Source: an uncultured Candidatus Saccharibacteria bacterium (GTDB lineage Bacteria > Patescibacteriota > Minisyncoccia > Phycocordibacterales > UBA9988). Taken from it: a stretch of DNA of 64,000 nucleotides. The notes below the pieces were generated by a model. It was not told the origin of the DNA and did no database searches. It saw only the letters and a list, made by a program, of their open reading frames with translations. A program made the position numbers and the translations under genes. Position 1 is the stretch's first letter, and every line of letters begins with the position of its first letter. The stretch spans positions 112,975 to 176,974 of the forward strand of contig CAYNXC010000002.1 of NCBI GenBank assembly GCA_964401135.1, written 5' to 3'. Shown here piece after piece: positions 48,344-59,443 of the stretch.

Positions 48344-48724
48344 ATGAAGTCATGGATTGCCATCTTTGTGCTCTCTCTAATGCTTGCAGTGAGTGTAGTG
48401 GGAGTACTGCACAGTAGCGAGTCTGGGCACATGGGGCACGGCTCCGGGTGCGTTTTTAATTTCGGCGGGCAGGAGTTATGTATTACTGATATTGCGGCTA
48501 CTCTCTCTGAAATACGAGATATCCTACCTACTGCTCTAGTATTTTTTGCAGCATCTCTTTCTATCGCATTTATCTATACATCTTTCCTCCGGGCACCACA
48601 GTCTCATCCAATTCGTGGATATACTCGTACATGGCTCACGCGGCTCCGAGGTCTTTGTCCGCCGCACCATCTCTCTCTCGCATTTTCATCAGGAGTAGTT
48701 CATCCGAAACTCTTTCTTTCCTAG
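48344..48724 (+). CDS. small membrane protein with His/Met-rich motif (SGHMGHGSG), possible metal-binding
   Basis: extended -10 TGcTACAAT upstream; signal/TM then HMGHGSGC; ORF-track start 48287 lies inside the terminator so it is rejected. Confidence 0.5.
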   Translation: MKSWIAIFVLSLMLAVSVVGVLHSSESGHMGHGSGCVFNFGGQELCITDIAATLSEIRDILPTALVFFAASLSIAFIYTSFLRAPQSHPIRGYTRTWLTRLRGLCPPHHLSLAFSSGVVHPKLFLS

Positions 48725-48755
48725 CCACGATTCTTTATCAGCTAGGTAAAAAAGT

Positions 48756-50102
48756 ATGTCTTCACACACACAAGAGCACACACTCCACGTGCAGGGTATG
48801 CACTGTCGTGGATGCGAGGTGCTCATAGAAAGGAAGTTTGGAGAAATTGATGGTATAAGTTCTGTGCGGGCACATCAGCATCGGGGTACCGTCTCTTTTC
48901 GCAGTTCTCGCGATATCCCCTTAGATGTTCTCAATGCAGCGATTACTGCCGATGGTTACCATGTCACTCACGAACCACTTACTGTCGTACGACAAAAGAA
49001 TACGGCGCTTGATTACATGGAGATCGGAGCGGTCGCGATGATTCTCTTCTCTTCGTACCTGCTCTTCTCAAAACTTGGTCTCATTCCTGAAGTGTCTCTA
49101 TCGGAGAATATGAGCTACGGGGTCATCTTTATTATTGGCCTCGTTGCCGCCTTCTCTACTTGTATGGCAGTCTCAGGAGGATTACTCCTTGCCATCAGTG
49201 CCCGTGCAGCAGAAAAAAATCCGCACGCAACGCGCCGTGAACGATTGGTCCCACACCTCTACTTCAACATCGGCCGCATCATCTCCTACACTTTTTTAGG
49301 AGGAGCTATTGGAGCACTCGGTTCTGTCATTGCACTCTCGCCTGCAATCAATGGGATTGTTACGGTGCTTGCCTCCCTTGTTATGATCGTGCTTGGATTC
49401 CAAATTCTGAATCTCTTCCCTCGCCTCTCGTATCTGATTCCCAAAATGCCCAAGTTACTTGGGCACCGCATCCACGCCTTGGCAGGTCGCGATGGGGGTC
49501 GGGGATCATTCTTATTGGGAGCCGGAACCTTTTTCCTCCCCTGCGGGTTTACCCAGGCACTCCAGCTCTATGTGCTTGCACAAGGGTCGGCACTCACCGG
49601 AGCACTCACGATGCTTACCTTTGCACTCGGTACTCTACCCGCCTTTCTTGCTGTTGGAGCAGTATCACAAGCTGAAAGTGGCACATTCCGTCGTTACTTA
49701 CTCAAAACGGCGGGAGTGCTCGCGCTTACTCTTGGTATCGTCAACACGAGTGCAGGATTTACTCTCTTAGGAGTTGGCGGCATTACAAAGGGTACTGGTA
49801 ATGCTGTTACGATAACAGAGGAAGGTGGTACGCAAGTTGTTGAGATGAAGGTGCGTGGTCTCTCGTACTCTCCCTCACAATTTGTTGTCAAAAAAGGCGT
49901 TCCTGTTGAATGGCGCATTGATGGCACTGGTGCCGCAGGGTGCGCACGAGTCATTGTTGCCCCTAAGCTTGGTCTCTCCACCTACTTGAAGGCGGACGGC
50001 CCGACTATTGTTACCTTCACTCCAGAACAAGAGGGGACTATAGAGTTCAGTTGTAGTATGGGGATGACAACTCGTGGTGCAAAGTTTATCGTTAAATCAT
50101 AA
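48756..50102 (+). CDS. HMA (CxxC) domain + DsbD/CcdA-like transmembrane domain + C-terminal cupredoxin-like domain protein
   Basis: GMHCRGC metal-binding motif, 6 TM region with paired Cys, C-terminal beta-sandwich with Cys/His/Met candidates. Confidence 0.65.
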   Translation: MSSHTQEHTLHVQGMHCRGCEVLIERKFGEIDGISSVRAHQHRGTVSFRSSRDIPLDVLNAAITADGYHVTHEPLTVVRQKNTALDYMEIGAVAMILFSSYLLFSKLGLIPEVSLSENMSYGVIFIIGLVAAFSTCMAVSGGLLLAISARAAEKNPHATRRERLVPHLYFNIGRIISYTFLGGAIGALGSVIALSPAINGIVTVLASLVMIVLGFQILNLFPRLSYLIPKMPKLLGHRIHALAGRDGGRGSFLLGAGTFFLPCGFTQALQLYVLAQGSALTGALTMLTFALGTLPAFLAVGAVSQAESGTFRRYLLKTAGVLALTLGIVNTSAGFTLLGVGGITKGTGNAVTITEEGGTQVVEMKVRGLSYSPSQFVVKKGVPVEWRIDGTGAAGCARVIVAPKLGLSTYLKADGPTIVTFTPEQEGTIEFSCSMGMTTRGAKFIVKS

Positions 50103-50107
50103 TCTGT

Positions 50108-52282
50108 ATGAAAACTATTCAATTCCGCATCCCCGATATGCACTGTGCTTCGTGCGTGACTAATAATGAGTCTGCACTCAAAGCACTTTCCGGGGTGCAG
50201 TCAGCATCAGTCAACTTTGCAACACGAGCGGCAACGGTTGAATATAATGAGGCGCAGGTATCAGAAGAAAAGCTCCATGAAGCAGTCATACAGAATGGGT
50301 ACCATGTAGCGCCTCTCCACAATGATGGAGCGAGTTCACATGAGCATCACAATGAGGTGAAGAGTGCACGGTTCCGCGCATTTTCTGCTATCCTTCTTGC
50401 TCTCCCGCCACTTATCCTCTCAATGGGAGCTATCCGTTTTGGCACGCTCTTTGTCGGTTTAGATCTGAGCATCTGGATCCAAACACTACTCTCTTCATTC
50501 GTTATCCTGATTATTGGAAGCGAGTTCCATATCCGTATGTTACGACAAGCACGGAGATTCCGCGCCGATATGGATACACTCATCTCTGTTGGTACTCTCT
50601 CTGCACTCTTGCTCTCGCTCTGGTCACTCACACAGGGGGATAGCGAGTCGCTCTACTTTGAGACGGGGGCAGTAATCACAGCTCTTATTCTCCTCGGGCG
50701 CTACTTTGAAGCGCTCTCGCGTGGGAGGGCGAGTGCGGCAATAGAAAAGTTGATGGCACTTGGCGCAAAAACTGCTCGTGTGCTTCGCGACGGTGAGGAG
50801 CGTGACATCCCGATAGAAGAGATACACATTGGAGATCAGATCCGCGTGCGACCAGGAGAAAAAATTCCAGTAGATGGGATTATTGTTGATGGAGTCTCCA
50901 GCGTTGATGAGTCTGCCTTGACGGGCGAGAGCATGCCTGTTGAGAAAAAAAATGGTGACACAGTGCTCGGTGCAAGCGTCAACCAATATGGTTCCTTCGT
51001 AGTACGAGCAGAAAAGATTGGTGCAGATTCAGTACTCGGTCAGATGGTAACAATGGTGGCAGAAGCGCAGAGTGCCAAGGCGCCGATACAAAAACTTGCC
51101 GATCGTGTCTCGGGCATCTTTGTTCCGATAGTCATGCTCATTGCACTGATTACCGCGGTACTCTGGTTTATAGTTACCAGAGATGTAGGAGCATCACTCA
51201 TCCCCGCAGTTGCCGTATTGGTTATTGCATGCCCGTGCGCGCTTGGGTTAGCCACTCCTACCGCAATTATGGTGGGGACAGGCACCGGTGCACGACGGGG
51301 GATACTGATTAAAAATGGAGAGTCATTGGAGAAGGGGAAAAATATAGACACAGTAGTCTTTGACAAAACAGGTACCTTAACTGAAGGTCATCCTGGAGTC
51401 ACCAATGTAGATTGTGCTACAGGAGTACAAGAAGCAGAGATGCTTGCACTTGCGGCAAGTCTAGAGATACTTTCGGAACATCCGCTTGCTCGCGCTGTTG
51501 TAGAGTATGCAAAGACGCACCACATTACCTTACATACAGCGACAGAGTTTGCGAGTATTCCTGGTCGTGGTGTACGGGGGAACATAGGGCCTCATACGAT
51601 CTCTGTTACGAGTGTCAGAGATGCGGAGACGCGGGGAGTCAATTTTTCTGCGTATCGTGAGCAGATACGACTCCGTGAGACAGAGGCAAAGACTGTTCTC
51701 GTTGTCGTTCGTGGAGAAGAGTACCTCGGGTCAATCTCTGTTGCAGACACAGTGAAGCCAGAATCTCACCGTGCTATTGCCGCGCTACAGAAGCGAGGCA
51801 TCCGTACCGTGATGATAACGGGCGATAATCAATTGACGGCCGAAGCGATTGCGCGAGCGGTTGGTATTACTGAAGTGTTTGCAGAAGTACTCCCACAAGA
51901 TAAGCGCAATAAGGTACAGGAACTCCAACAGAAAGGTCGGCATGTTGCTTTTGTCGGTGACGGTATTAATGACGCGCCCGCGCTCGCTCAATCTGATCTG
52001 GGGATTGCTTTAGGTACAGGGACTGACATTGCCATTGAGACCGGTGATATTGTCTTGGTAAAAGGGAGCCCTCTGAAGGCGCTTGAGGGGCTCATGCTCT
52101 CACAAAAGACCTTCCGCATTATCAAGCAAAATCTCTTTTGGGCTTTTGCTTACAATGTAGCAGCGATACCTCTTGCGGCACTCGGTTTTCTCAATCCTAT
52201 GATCGCTGCCGCAGCAATGGCCTTCTCATCTATCTCTGTCATTCTCAATTCACTTCGTCTCCGTATCCCTGTGTTATACTAG
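50108..52282 (+). CDS. copA: copper-translocating P1B-type ATPase
   Basis: N-terminal HMA MHCASC, TM CPC motif ([12 protein letters not shown]), DKTGTLT phosphorylation site, GDGINDAP. Confidence 0.9.
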   Translation: MKTIQFRIPDMHCASCVTNNESALKALSGVQSASVNFATRAATVEYNEAQVSEEKLHEAVIQNGYHVAPLHNDGASSHEHHNEVKSARFRAFSAILLALPPLILSMGAIRFGTLFVGLDLSIWIQTLLSSFVILIIGSEFHIRMLRQARRFRADMDTLISVGTLSALLLSLWSLTQGDSESLYFETGAVITALILLGRYFEALSRGRASAAIEKLMALGAKTARVLRDGEERDIPIEEIHIGDQIRVRPGEKIPVDGIIVDGVSSVDESALTGESMPVEKKNGDTVLGASVNQYGSFVVRAEKIGADSVLGQMVTMVAEAQSAKAPIQKLADRVSGIFVPIVMLIALITAVLWFIVTRDVGASLIPAVAVLVIACPCALGLATPTAIMVGTGTGARRGILIKNGESLEKGKNIDTVVFDKTGTLTEGHPGVTNVDCATGVQEAEMLALAASLEILSEHPLARAVVEYAKTHHITLHTATEFASIPGRGVRGNIGPHTISVTSVRDAETRGVNFSAYREQIRLRETEAKTVLVVVRGEEYLGSISVADTVKPESHRAIAALQKRGIRTVMITGDNQLTAEAIARAVGITEVFAEVLPQDKRNKVQELQQKGRHVAFVGDGINDAPALAQSDLGIALGTGTDIAIETGDIVLVKGSPLKALEGLMLSQKTFRIIKQNLFWAFAYNVAAIPLAALGFLNPMIAAAAMAFSSISVILNSLRLRIPVLY

Positions 52283-52321
52283 TTCTTAGGCCGTATTACT
52301 CACATTAACACAGACATTACT

Positions 52322-52441
52322 ATGATGGGATTCGGATATGGGGGTGGATTTGGACCTCTTCTCTCACTCCTCTCGAGCATCGTGTGGCTCGTGGCTGGCA
52401 TTCTCCTTATTATCTGGCTGTGGAAGCAAATCAGCAAGTAG
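52322..52441 (+). CDS. 39-aa Gly-zipper hydrophobic peptide (MMGFGYGGGFGPLLSLLSSIVWLVAGILLIIWLWKQISK), below ORF-track cutoff
   Basis: in-frame ATG..TAG immediately after copA and before a terminator hairpin. Confidence 0.35.
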   Translation: MMGFGYGGGFGPLLSLLSSIVWLVAGILLIIWLWKQISK

Positions 52442-52456
52442 CCCTTGCCAGAAAAG

Positions 52457-52488
52457 AAAATCCCTCCGCTTAAAGCGGAGGGATTTTA
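52457..52488 (+). terminator. intrinsic terminator closing copper module
   Basis: stem aaaatccctccgc/gcggagggatttt with ttaa loop and T-run. Confidence 0.7.
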
Positions 52489-52544
52489 GTGAATTATAAG
52501 GTTGTCCACCGTCTTTTTTGAACTCTACCCTGTATAATAGAGGC

Positions 52545-53765
52545 ATGGCACTACGAGTGCTAATGTTCGGCTGGGAGTTTCCTCCCCGGTCAAGTGGCGG
52601 CTTGGGCGTGGCGTGTTTTGGATTGACTCGAGCACTTACGCAAGATGGAGTGAAGGTTCATTTTGTACTTCCTAAGCATATGGATCCGGAAGTGACTTTT
52701 ATGGATTTTTCTTTTGCTGACATTCCCAACGTTGTTGCTACAGGAGTAAACTCATTGCTCTATCCCTATGTGACCGAAGGAAGCTACCTCTCCTCGTACT
52801 ACACAGTAGGTGGTGGGGGTGGTATGTACGGTCCCTCACTTTTTGAAGAGGTACTGCTCTACGCGTCCAAGGCGGAAGAGATAGCCAGTAATTCATCATT
52901 TGATGTTATTCATGCACATGATTGGCTCTCCTTTCTCGCGGGGCTTGAGGCAAAACGGGTGAGCGGGAAGCCTCTAGTGGTTCATGTTCACGCAACTGAG
53001 TTTGATCGGAGTGGTGGGAACAGCGCCAATCCTCGCGTGTATGAGATCGAGAAGAAAGGGATGCAGGGAGCAGACAAGGTTGTGGCAGTCTCCTTATGGA
53101 CCAAACAAGTAATCATAGAGAAGTACGGTATTACTCCAGAAAAAATAGAAGTAGTACACAATGGGGTTGAGGCGAAAGACTTCAGAGCACTCCCATCAGA
53201 CTTAACCGCACTCAAGCACGCAGGTAAAAAAATCGTGCTCTTCCATGGGCGTATTACTCTACAGAAGGGCCCAGACTATTTTATCCGTACTGCGAAGCGC
53301 GTGCTTGAATATTATCCTGATGCACTTTTCATCGTGTCTGGTATTGGTGATATGCTCCCACAGATGATACGCGAGACAGTGCGACTTGGTATCTCCGACA
53401 AAGTATTCTTTGTTGGTGCCTTATGGGATGACGAACGTGATCGCGTGTATCAGGCGGCAGATGTAGTGCTGATGCCATCGGTCTCAGAGCCATTTGGTAT
53501 CGTGCCACTAGAGGCGCTTACAAATGGAGCCCCGGTACTTATTTCAAAACAATCTGGTGTCGCAGAGGTCCTCTCTCATGCCTTAAAGAGTGACTTTTGG
53601 GACATTGATGAAATGGCAAATAAGATTGTGGTGATGCTCCGGAATGATTCATTACAAGCGACCTTGCGTAAAAATGGTGGTAAAGAAGTTGAGACCATCA
53701 CTTGGTCTAAGGCGGCGCAGAAGCTCCTTGGGGTGTATCAGTCGCTCGCACCTAAATTTACATAA
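52545..53765 (+). CDS. glgA: glycogen/alpha-glucan synthase-like glycosyltransferase (GT4/GT5-like, K-x-GGL-type motif)
   Basis: MALRVLMFGWEFPPRSSGGLGVAC N-terminus, C-terminal GT-B E..E region; GAGG RBS. Confidence 0.7.
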   Translation: MALRVLMFGWEFPPRSSGGLGVACFGLTRALTQDGVKVHFVLPKHMDPEVTFMDFSFADIPNVVATGVNSLLYPYVTEGSYLSSYYTVGGGGGMYGPSLFEEVLLYASKAEEIASNSSFDVIHAHDWLSFLAGLEAKRVSGKPLVVHVHATEFDRSGGNSANPRVYEIEKKGMQGADKVVAVSLWTKQVIIEKYGITPEKIEVVHNGVEAKDFRALPSDLTALKHAGKKIVLFHGRITLQKGPDYFIRTAKRVLEYYPDALFIVSGIGDMLPQMIRETVRLGISDKVFFVGALWDDERDRVYQAADVVLMPSVSEPFGIVPLEALTNGAPVLISKQSGVAEVLSHALKSDFWDIDEMANKIVVMLRNDSLQATLRKNGGKEVETITWSKAAQKLLGVYQSLAPKFT

Positions 53766-54964
53766 TGGCATCCGTCTGTTTTTACTTTCAAGTCCACCAG
53801 CCCTGGCGCGTAAAGCGCTTCAGAATCTTTGATGTGGGGAACGGAGGGAGATATTTTGACGATCAGTCTGTGACAAATCTCAATAACGAGAAGATATTTA
53901 GAAAAGTCGCCGAGAAATCCTATCTACCGGCGAATGCGGTTATGCTCGCACTTTTGAAGCGCCATCCTGAATTCCGCGTGAGCTACTCACTTTCGGGAGT
54001 ATTTATGGAACAGATGGAGAGCTTTGGCACTGATGTGTTGGACTCCTTCCGTCGCCTTGTTGATACTGGTCGCGCTGAACTCCTCTCTGAGACTTACTAT
54101 CACTCACTCTCCTTCCTCTACTCGCGTGACGAGTTTGCTGAGCAAGTGAAGCTCCATCGCGACAAGGAGCACTCGCTCTTTGGGGTAACACCGAGAGTCT
54201 TTCGTAATACAGAGTTGATCTTTAGTAATGAAGTAGCACAAGCTGCAGCCGAACTCGGTTACACGGGGATCCTCGCTGAAGGGGCAGACCATGTGCTGGA
54301 CTGGCGCAGTCCAAACTTTTTGTACACAGCAAAGGGGGCAAACAATATCAAGCTGATGCTCAAGAATTACAAACTCTCAGACGATATTGCTTTCCGTTTT
54401 GGTAGTCGCTCATGGGCAGAGTATCCGCTCACGGCGCCGAAATTTTCACAGTGGGTGAATGCGATTAATGGGAACGGCGATGTGGTAAATCTCTTTATGG
54501 ACTACGAGACTTTTGGAGAACATCAGTGGGAGGATACTGGTATTTTTAAATTTTTAGAGTCACTACCGCGAGAAATTTTAAGACATCCTGACAATGACTT
54601 TGTCACCGTGTCTGAAGCAGTGGAGCGTTATGAGCCAGTCTCAGAATTGGATGTCCCTCACTATGTCTCATGGGCAGATACCGAGCGAGACCTCTCTGCG
54701 TGGCTTTCCAACGAGATCCAGTACGATGCAATTGGTAAACTTTATGCGCTGGAAGGGGAGGTAAAAAAGAGCGGTGACCGACGCATTATGGAAGACTGGC
54801 GACGACTCACCACCTCGGATCACTTCTACTACATGTGTACCAAGTGGTGGAACGATGGCGATGTACACAAGTACTTTAATCCTTACGAGTCTCCCTACGA
54901 CGCCTTTATCTCATACATGAATGTACTGGAAGATCTCAAAATGCGTCTCGCTATACCCGTGTAA
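53765..54964 (+). CDS. glycoside hydrolase family 57 protein (alpha-glucan branching/amylase-type)
   Basis: N-terminal FQVHQPWR GH57 signature, catalytic-domain-length 399 aa. Confidence 0.65.
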   Translation: MASVCFYFQVHQPWRVKRFRIFDVGNGGRYFDDQSVTNLNNEKIFRKVAEKSYLPANAVMLALLKRHPEFRVSYSLSGVFMEQMESFGTDVLDSFRRLVDTGRAELLSETYYHSLSFLYSRDEFAEQVKLHRDKEHSLFGVTPRVFRNTELIFSNEVAQAAAELGYTGILAEGADHVLDWRSPNFLYTAKGANNIKLMLKNYKLSDDIAFRFGSRSWAEYPLTAPKFSQWVNAINGNGDVVNLFMDYETFGEHQWEDTGIFKFLESLPREILRHPDNDFVTVSEAVERYEPVSELDVPHYVSWADTERDLSAWLSNEIQYDAIGKLYALEGEVKKSGDRRIMEDWRRLTTSDHFYYMCTKWWNDGDVHKYFNPYESPYDAFISYMNVLEDLKMRLAIPV

Positions 54965-54975
54965 GTTTTAATAAA

Positions 54976-55017
54976 AGATCACACTTCTTCACGACAGTGA
55001 GAAAGTGTGATCTTTTT
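54976..55017 (+). terminator. intrinsic terminator
   Basis: stem agatcacacttcttc/gagaaagtgtgatct then ttttt. Confidence 0.7.
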
Positions 55018-55135
55018 CTACTAAGCGCTGAGCATATGTCTTCTTAAGTATAATAAAAGTATCACGGCCGTGAGAGAATTATTACATCTCATTTATCCAC
55101 CACGCGTGAATGTATAAGCGTGGTATTATCTTGTT

Positions 55136-57133
55136 ATGGCAAGAGCCCTCACACTTGGGAATGGGAGTATTCTCGTTGGTGTTGATCACTGTGGAGAAGT
55201 GCGTGATTTTTACTATCCCTATGTTGGTCTTGAGAATCAGGTGGGAGGAAATTCAGTACACCGCATTGGTGTCTTTGCTGATAATAGGCTTGCATGGCTC
55301 TCCGATCCATCGTGGAAGGTTAGCGTGGGAAGCAAAGAAGAATCTCTCTCAAGTGCAATTAGTGCCGAGAATCGAGAACTTGGTGTCTCTCTAACTTCAA
55401 ATGATCTCGTCTACAACGAGCGTAATGTTTTTATTCGCAAAGTGACAGTTAAAAATCTTCAAGGAATCAGCCGTCCGATAAAAATATTCTTCGCCCACCA
55501 ATTTGAGATAGCCGAGTCGCATCGCGCACACACTGCATACTTTGATCCAAGTACACACACAATCATCCACTACCGCGGACGGAGGGTGTTTCTTATCAAC
55601 GCAAAGATTGAGGGGCGAGTCTTTGATGATTACTCAACTGGCGTTTTTGACTCAGAGGGGAAGGAGGGGACACATAAGGATGCCGAGGATGGTCAACTAG
55701 CAAAGAATCCAATTGAGCACGGATCCGCCGATTCCGTAATTGGGCTCTCTGCTGACTTTGGTCCAGGTGAGGAAAAGACGGTTTATTATTGGGTCTGTGT
55801 GGCCAAAACACATCGCGCCGTTAAGTATTTAAATGTAATGGTACAAGAGAAGAGTCCTGCGCATATGATTAAGACAACGGAAGACTACTGGCGCGCGTGG
55901 ATTAATCGACAGAATTTCACCTTCCATGGTCTCTCTCCAGAGGTTGTCGCGCTCTTTAAAAAATCACTTCTTGTCATACGAGCACATACCGATAAAAAGG
56001 GTGCAATCATTGCCTCCAGTGACTCCAGTATGATGCAACAAGGTGGAAAGGATAATTATTGTTACATCTGGCACCGTGATGCTGCCTTCTCTTCTATGGC
56101 GCTTGATCGTGTTGGCGACTTTACTGTATGTCAACGTTTTTTTGAGTTTTCAAATGAAGTGATCAGTGACCAGGGCTACTTTATGCATAAGTACTGTCCA
56201 GATAAGTCACTTGGGAGCTCGTGGCATGGATGGATAGATAAGGACACGCATAATGCGCGACTTCCCATCCAAGAGGATGAGACTGCACTCACTCTCATTG
56301 CACTTGCTCGGCATTACGAATTTACTAAAGATTTGGAGTTTATAGAACTTATCTATAATTCACTCATCCGTCGCGCGGCAAATTTTCTTGTGTCGTATCG
56401 CGATGAGACGACGGGGCTCCCACTTCCCAGCAACGACTTGTGGGAAGAAAAGTTTGGAATACATACATTTACTGCCGCAAGCGTGTACGCTGCATTGCTG
56501 GCCGCATCTCACTTCGCAGAAATCCTTGGCAAAGCAAAGAGCCAAATACGCTTTGCGGAGACAGCAAAAGAGATTAAGGAGGCAATCCTGAAGCATCTCT
56601 ACAACGAAGAGGGAGGATACTTTGCAAAGTCACTCACTATCCGTGAGGGCGCACTCTTACGTGATGATACTGTGGATGCATCGAGCGCGTATGGGATTTT
56701 TGCTTTCGGAGTACTTCCTACTGATGACCTCCGCCTTATCCGTGCGATGAAAAAAACCGAGGAGGAACTTTCTGTGCGTACTCCCATTGGTGGTGTAGCA
56801 CGCTACCAAGGTGATCGTTACTACCGCCCCGGTGGCGCTGCCCCAGGTAATCCATGGGTTGTCACCACGCTCTGGCTTGCTGAATACTTTATCTCTATAG
56901 CACGCAACGATCATGATCTTGATCGTGTCCGCACTATTTTCTCTTGGGTTGTATCTCGTGCAGATAAGAGTGGAGTGCTCCCAGAACAAATCCACCCCTT
57001 CAGCGGCGCGGCTCTCTCTGCTGCTCCGCTCGTGTGGAGCCACGCATCTTTCATCCACGCGGTAGTAAGCTACTTAGACAAACTAGAAGAGTTAGGGATT
57101 TGCAAGGCGTGCGATCCACTGAATGGATCTTAG
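55136..57133 (+). CDS. bacterial glucoamylase/glucodextranase-type GH15 enzyme with N-terminal beta-sandwich domain
   Basis: GH15 catalytic signatures YIWHRDAAF, GYFMHKYCPD...SWHGWID, LWEEKFG. Confidence 0.75.
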   Translation: MARALTLGNGSILVGVDHCGEVRDFYYPYVGLENQVGGNSVHRIGVFADNRLAWLSDPSWKVSVGSKEESLSSAISAENRELGVSLTSNDLVYNERNVFIRKVTVKNLQGISRPIKIFFAHQFEIAESHRAHTAYFDPSTHTIIHYRGRRVFLINAKIEGRVFDDYSTGVFDSEGKEGTHKDAEDGQLAKNPIEHGSADSVIGLSADFGPGEEKTVYYWVCVAKTHRAVKYLNVMVQEKSPAHMIKTTEDYWRAWINRQNFTFHGLSPEVVALFKKSLLVIRAHTDKKGAIIASSDSSMMQQGGKDNYCYIWHRDAAFSSMALDRVGDFTVCQRFFEFSNEVISDQGYFMHKYCPDKSLGSSWHGWIDKDTHNARLPIQEDETALTLIALARHYEFTKDLEFIELIYNSLIRRAANFLVSYRDETTGLPLPSNDLWEEKFGIHTFTAASVYAALLAASHFAEILGKAKSQIRFAETAKEIKEAILKHLYNEEGGYFAKSLTIREGALLRDDTVDASSAYGIFAFGVLPTDDLRLIRAMKKTEEELSVRTPIGGVARYQGDRYYRPGGAAPGNPWVVTTLWLAEYFISIARNDHDLDRVRTIFSWVVSRADKSGVLPEQIHPFSGAALSAAPLVWSHASFIHAVVSYLDKLEELGICKACDPLNGS

Positions 57134-57153
57134 GCCGTGCTACACTAGAGCCG

Positions 57154-58536
57154 ATGCAGGCAAAAGGAGCAGTACTCGTCATCTTTGGCGCGACAGGAGA
57201 CCTCGCAGGGCGTAAGCTTTTTCCTGCGCTTCTTAATCTGAGCGGAAGAAATCAGTTGCCAGAGGAATTTAATATTATTGCACTGGGGCGAAAGCCTCAT
57301 TCCGAGCACTCGTTTCGTGTGGTAGTACGGGAAAAGTTAGACGAGCATGGTCATGGGTTTGGAAACGCTACCGTGGAACAATTTCTCTCTCGTATCCGTT
57401 ATGTGGAATGTGACATCACTCACGCTACGGCCTACACAACGCTATCTACCCAACTTTCTTTCTTTGGCGAATGTGACCGCTTGTTTTATCTAGCAGTCCC
57501 TCCACTCTTGTATGAGAATATAGTGGAACAACTTTCTTTATCAAAGCTTGTATCACGCGGGCATGGGAAAAAACTATCACGCATCCTGATTGAGAAACCT
57601 TTTGGTAGAGATGCCACGACAGCAGAGGCCTTGGATGTAGCTCTAGGAGCACTCTTTCTTGAGGAGCATATCTTCCGCATAGATCACTACCTTGCTAAGG
57701 AGACGCTCCAAAATATTCTCGCATTCCGTTTTTCTAACACACTCTTTGAGCCTGTGTGGAATGCCGAGTTCATAGAGTCTGTACACATCCTGCTCTCTGA
57801 GCGGGGCGCAGTAGAGACTCGTGCCGCTTTCTACTCCGATACAGGAGCACTCAAAGATGTAGGACAAAATCATCTACTCCAGATGCTCGCGCTCATTGCG
57901 ATGGAACGACCGCAGGACTTAGATCCGGAACATATTCGGGCGGCACGCGCTACCGTGCTCAAGTCGCTTATCCCGGTCACTCGTCAAGATGTTCTGACTA
58001 GAGTATCACGAGGACGCTGTAGCTCCTGTGTGCTTGGAGCGAGTGGCGCAGAGACCTACTTTAAGGTACAAACTTCTCTCTCCATCCCGCGTTGGGAGGG
58101 AGTTCCTTTTATCTTAGAGAGCGGCAAGTACCTACAGGAAGACCGCGTACAAATTTGTGTTTCCTTCAAGCCGGGGACTTCTTGTTTCCCCATTTTGGGA
58201 ACTTGCCCAGTGGGGAATCGTCTAACTTTTACGATACAGCCAGAAGAAGGAATCACGCTCACCTTTTTAGCAAAGAAGCCTGGCTTCACGATTGAGCTGG
58301 AAGAGCGAACCCTCGTCCTCTCTTACGCCAATAAAGAGGCACAAGGTGTATCACCAAGTGCGTATGAGAGAATCCTCTATGATGGCATTCGCGGTGACAC
58401 AACGCTCTTCACCTCAACCGAAGAAGTACTTGCCTCATGGCGCTTTATTAGCTCGGTGCTCTCAGTGTGGGAGGCCGTGCCACTCGTGCTCTATACACAG
58501 GGAGCTAGAGAGCTTGGGTACACTATTGTACAATGA
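57154..58536 (+). CDS. zwf: glucose-6-phosphate 1-dehydrogenase
   Basis: VIFGATGDLAGRKLFPAL NADP site, EKPFGRD, RIDHYLAKE active-site motif. Confidence 0.9.
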   Translation: MQAKGAVLVIFGATGDLAGRKLFPALLNLSGRNQLPEEFNIIALGRKPHSEHSFRVVVREKLDEHGHGFGNATVEQFLSRIRYVECDITHATAYTTLSTQLSFFGECDRLFYLAVPPLLYENIVEQLSLSKLVSRGHGKKLSRILIEKPFGRDATTAEALDVALGALFLEEHIFRIDHYLAKETLQNILAFRFSNTLFEPVWNAEFIESVHILLSERGAVETRAAFYSDTGALKDVGQNHLLQMLALIAMERPQDLDPEHIRAARATVLKSLIPVTRQDVLTRVSRGRCSSCVLGASGAETYFKVQTSLSIPRWEGVPFILESGKYLQEDRVQICVSFKPGTSCFPILGTCPVGNRLTFTIQPEEGITLTFLAKKPGFTIELEERTLVLSYANKEAQGVSPSAYERILYDGIRGDTTLFTSTEEVLASWRFISSVLSVWEAVPLVLYTQGARELGYTIVQ

Positions 58537-58540
58537 GCAT

Positions 58541-59443
58541 ATGACGCTCGGATACATTGGCCTTGGTAAGATGGGTTACCCTATGGTGCTCAACCTTCTA
58601 GAGCATGGACATATGGTGGTTGCTTACAATCGTTCTCGTGAGCCGATTGATCAAGTAAAAGCAGCTGGAGCTCTCCCTACCTACTCCTACGATGAATTTA
58701 TCAAAGAGCTTCCTAGCCCTCGCACGATTTGGATCATGGTCCCACACGAGGCAGTAGAAGCAGTGCTTGCAGAGCTTGCGCCGAGACTCAACTCGGGAGA
58801 CACTCTTGTAGATGGCGGTAACTCGCCCTATCAGATATCGCAAAAACGGCACACGGACTTTGCCGCACGGGGAATCTCTTTTCTTGATGTGGGCATTAGT
58901 GGAGGTGTCTACGGAGCACGGCACGGCACCTGTATCATGGTGGGAGGAGATCGAGCAGCCTATGATCGCTACGAATCTCTCTTTGAATCACTTTCTGCGA
59001 ACGGTGGTTACGGGTATATGGGAGAGTCTGGTGCGGGACATTTTGTAAAAATGGTACATAATGCGATAGAGTACGGGATGATGCAAGCGATTGCGGAAGG
59101 TTTTGATGTTCTTAACGCAGCTCCCTTTACACTTGATCTGCCTCACATTGCAGAACTCTACAACCACAATAGTGTGATTACATCACGGCTCATGGGCTGG
59201 CTTTCAGATGCGTATAAAAAACATGGCGCAGACTTAAGAGAGATTTCGGGCGTCGTCGCCGCAACTGGAGGAGGCGAGTGGACTATCAATTACGCCAAAG
59301 AGAAAGGAATCCCCGTCCCCAGTATGGAGAGCGCGCTTGCTGTACGCAGAGAGTCAGATCAGGATCCTCGTTATGCCGGGAAGATTCTTTCAGCACTTCG
59401 AAACGAGTTTGGTGGTCACGAAGTATTACATAAAAAAGTATGA
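58541..59443 (+). CDS. gnd: 6-phosphogluconate dehydrogenase (decarboxylating), short (gnd-like/YqeC) form
   Basis: MTLGYIGLGKMGYPMVLNLLEHGH Rossmann start, ...GGEWTINYA... Confidence 0.8.
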   Translation: MTLGYIGLGKMGYPMVLNLLEHGHMVVAYNRSREPIDQVKAAGALPTYSYDEFIKELPSPRTIWIMVPHEAVEAVLAELAPRLNSGDTLVDGGNSPYQISQKRHTDFAARGISFLDVGISGGVYGARHGTCIMVGGDRAAYDRYESLFESLSANGGYGYMGESGAGHFVKMVHNAIEYGMMQAIAEGFDVLNAAPFTLDLPHIAELYNHNSVITSRLMGWLSDAYKKHGADLREISGVVAATGGGEWTINYAKEKGIPVPSMESALAVRRESDQDPRYAGKILSALRNEFGGHEVLHKKV

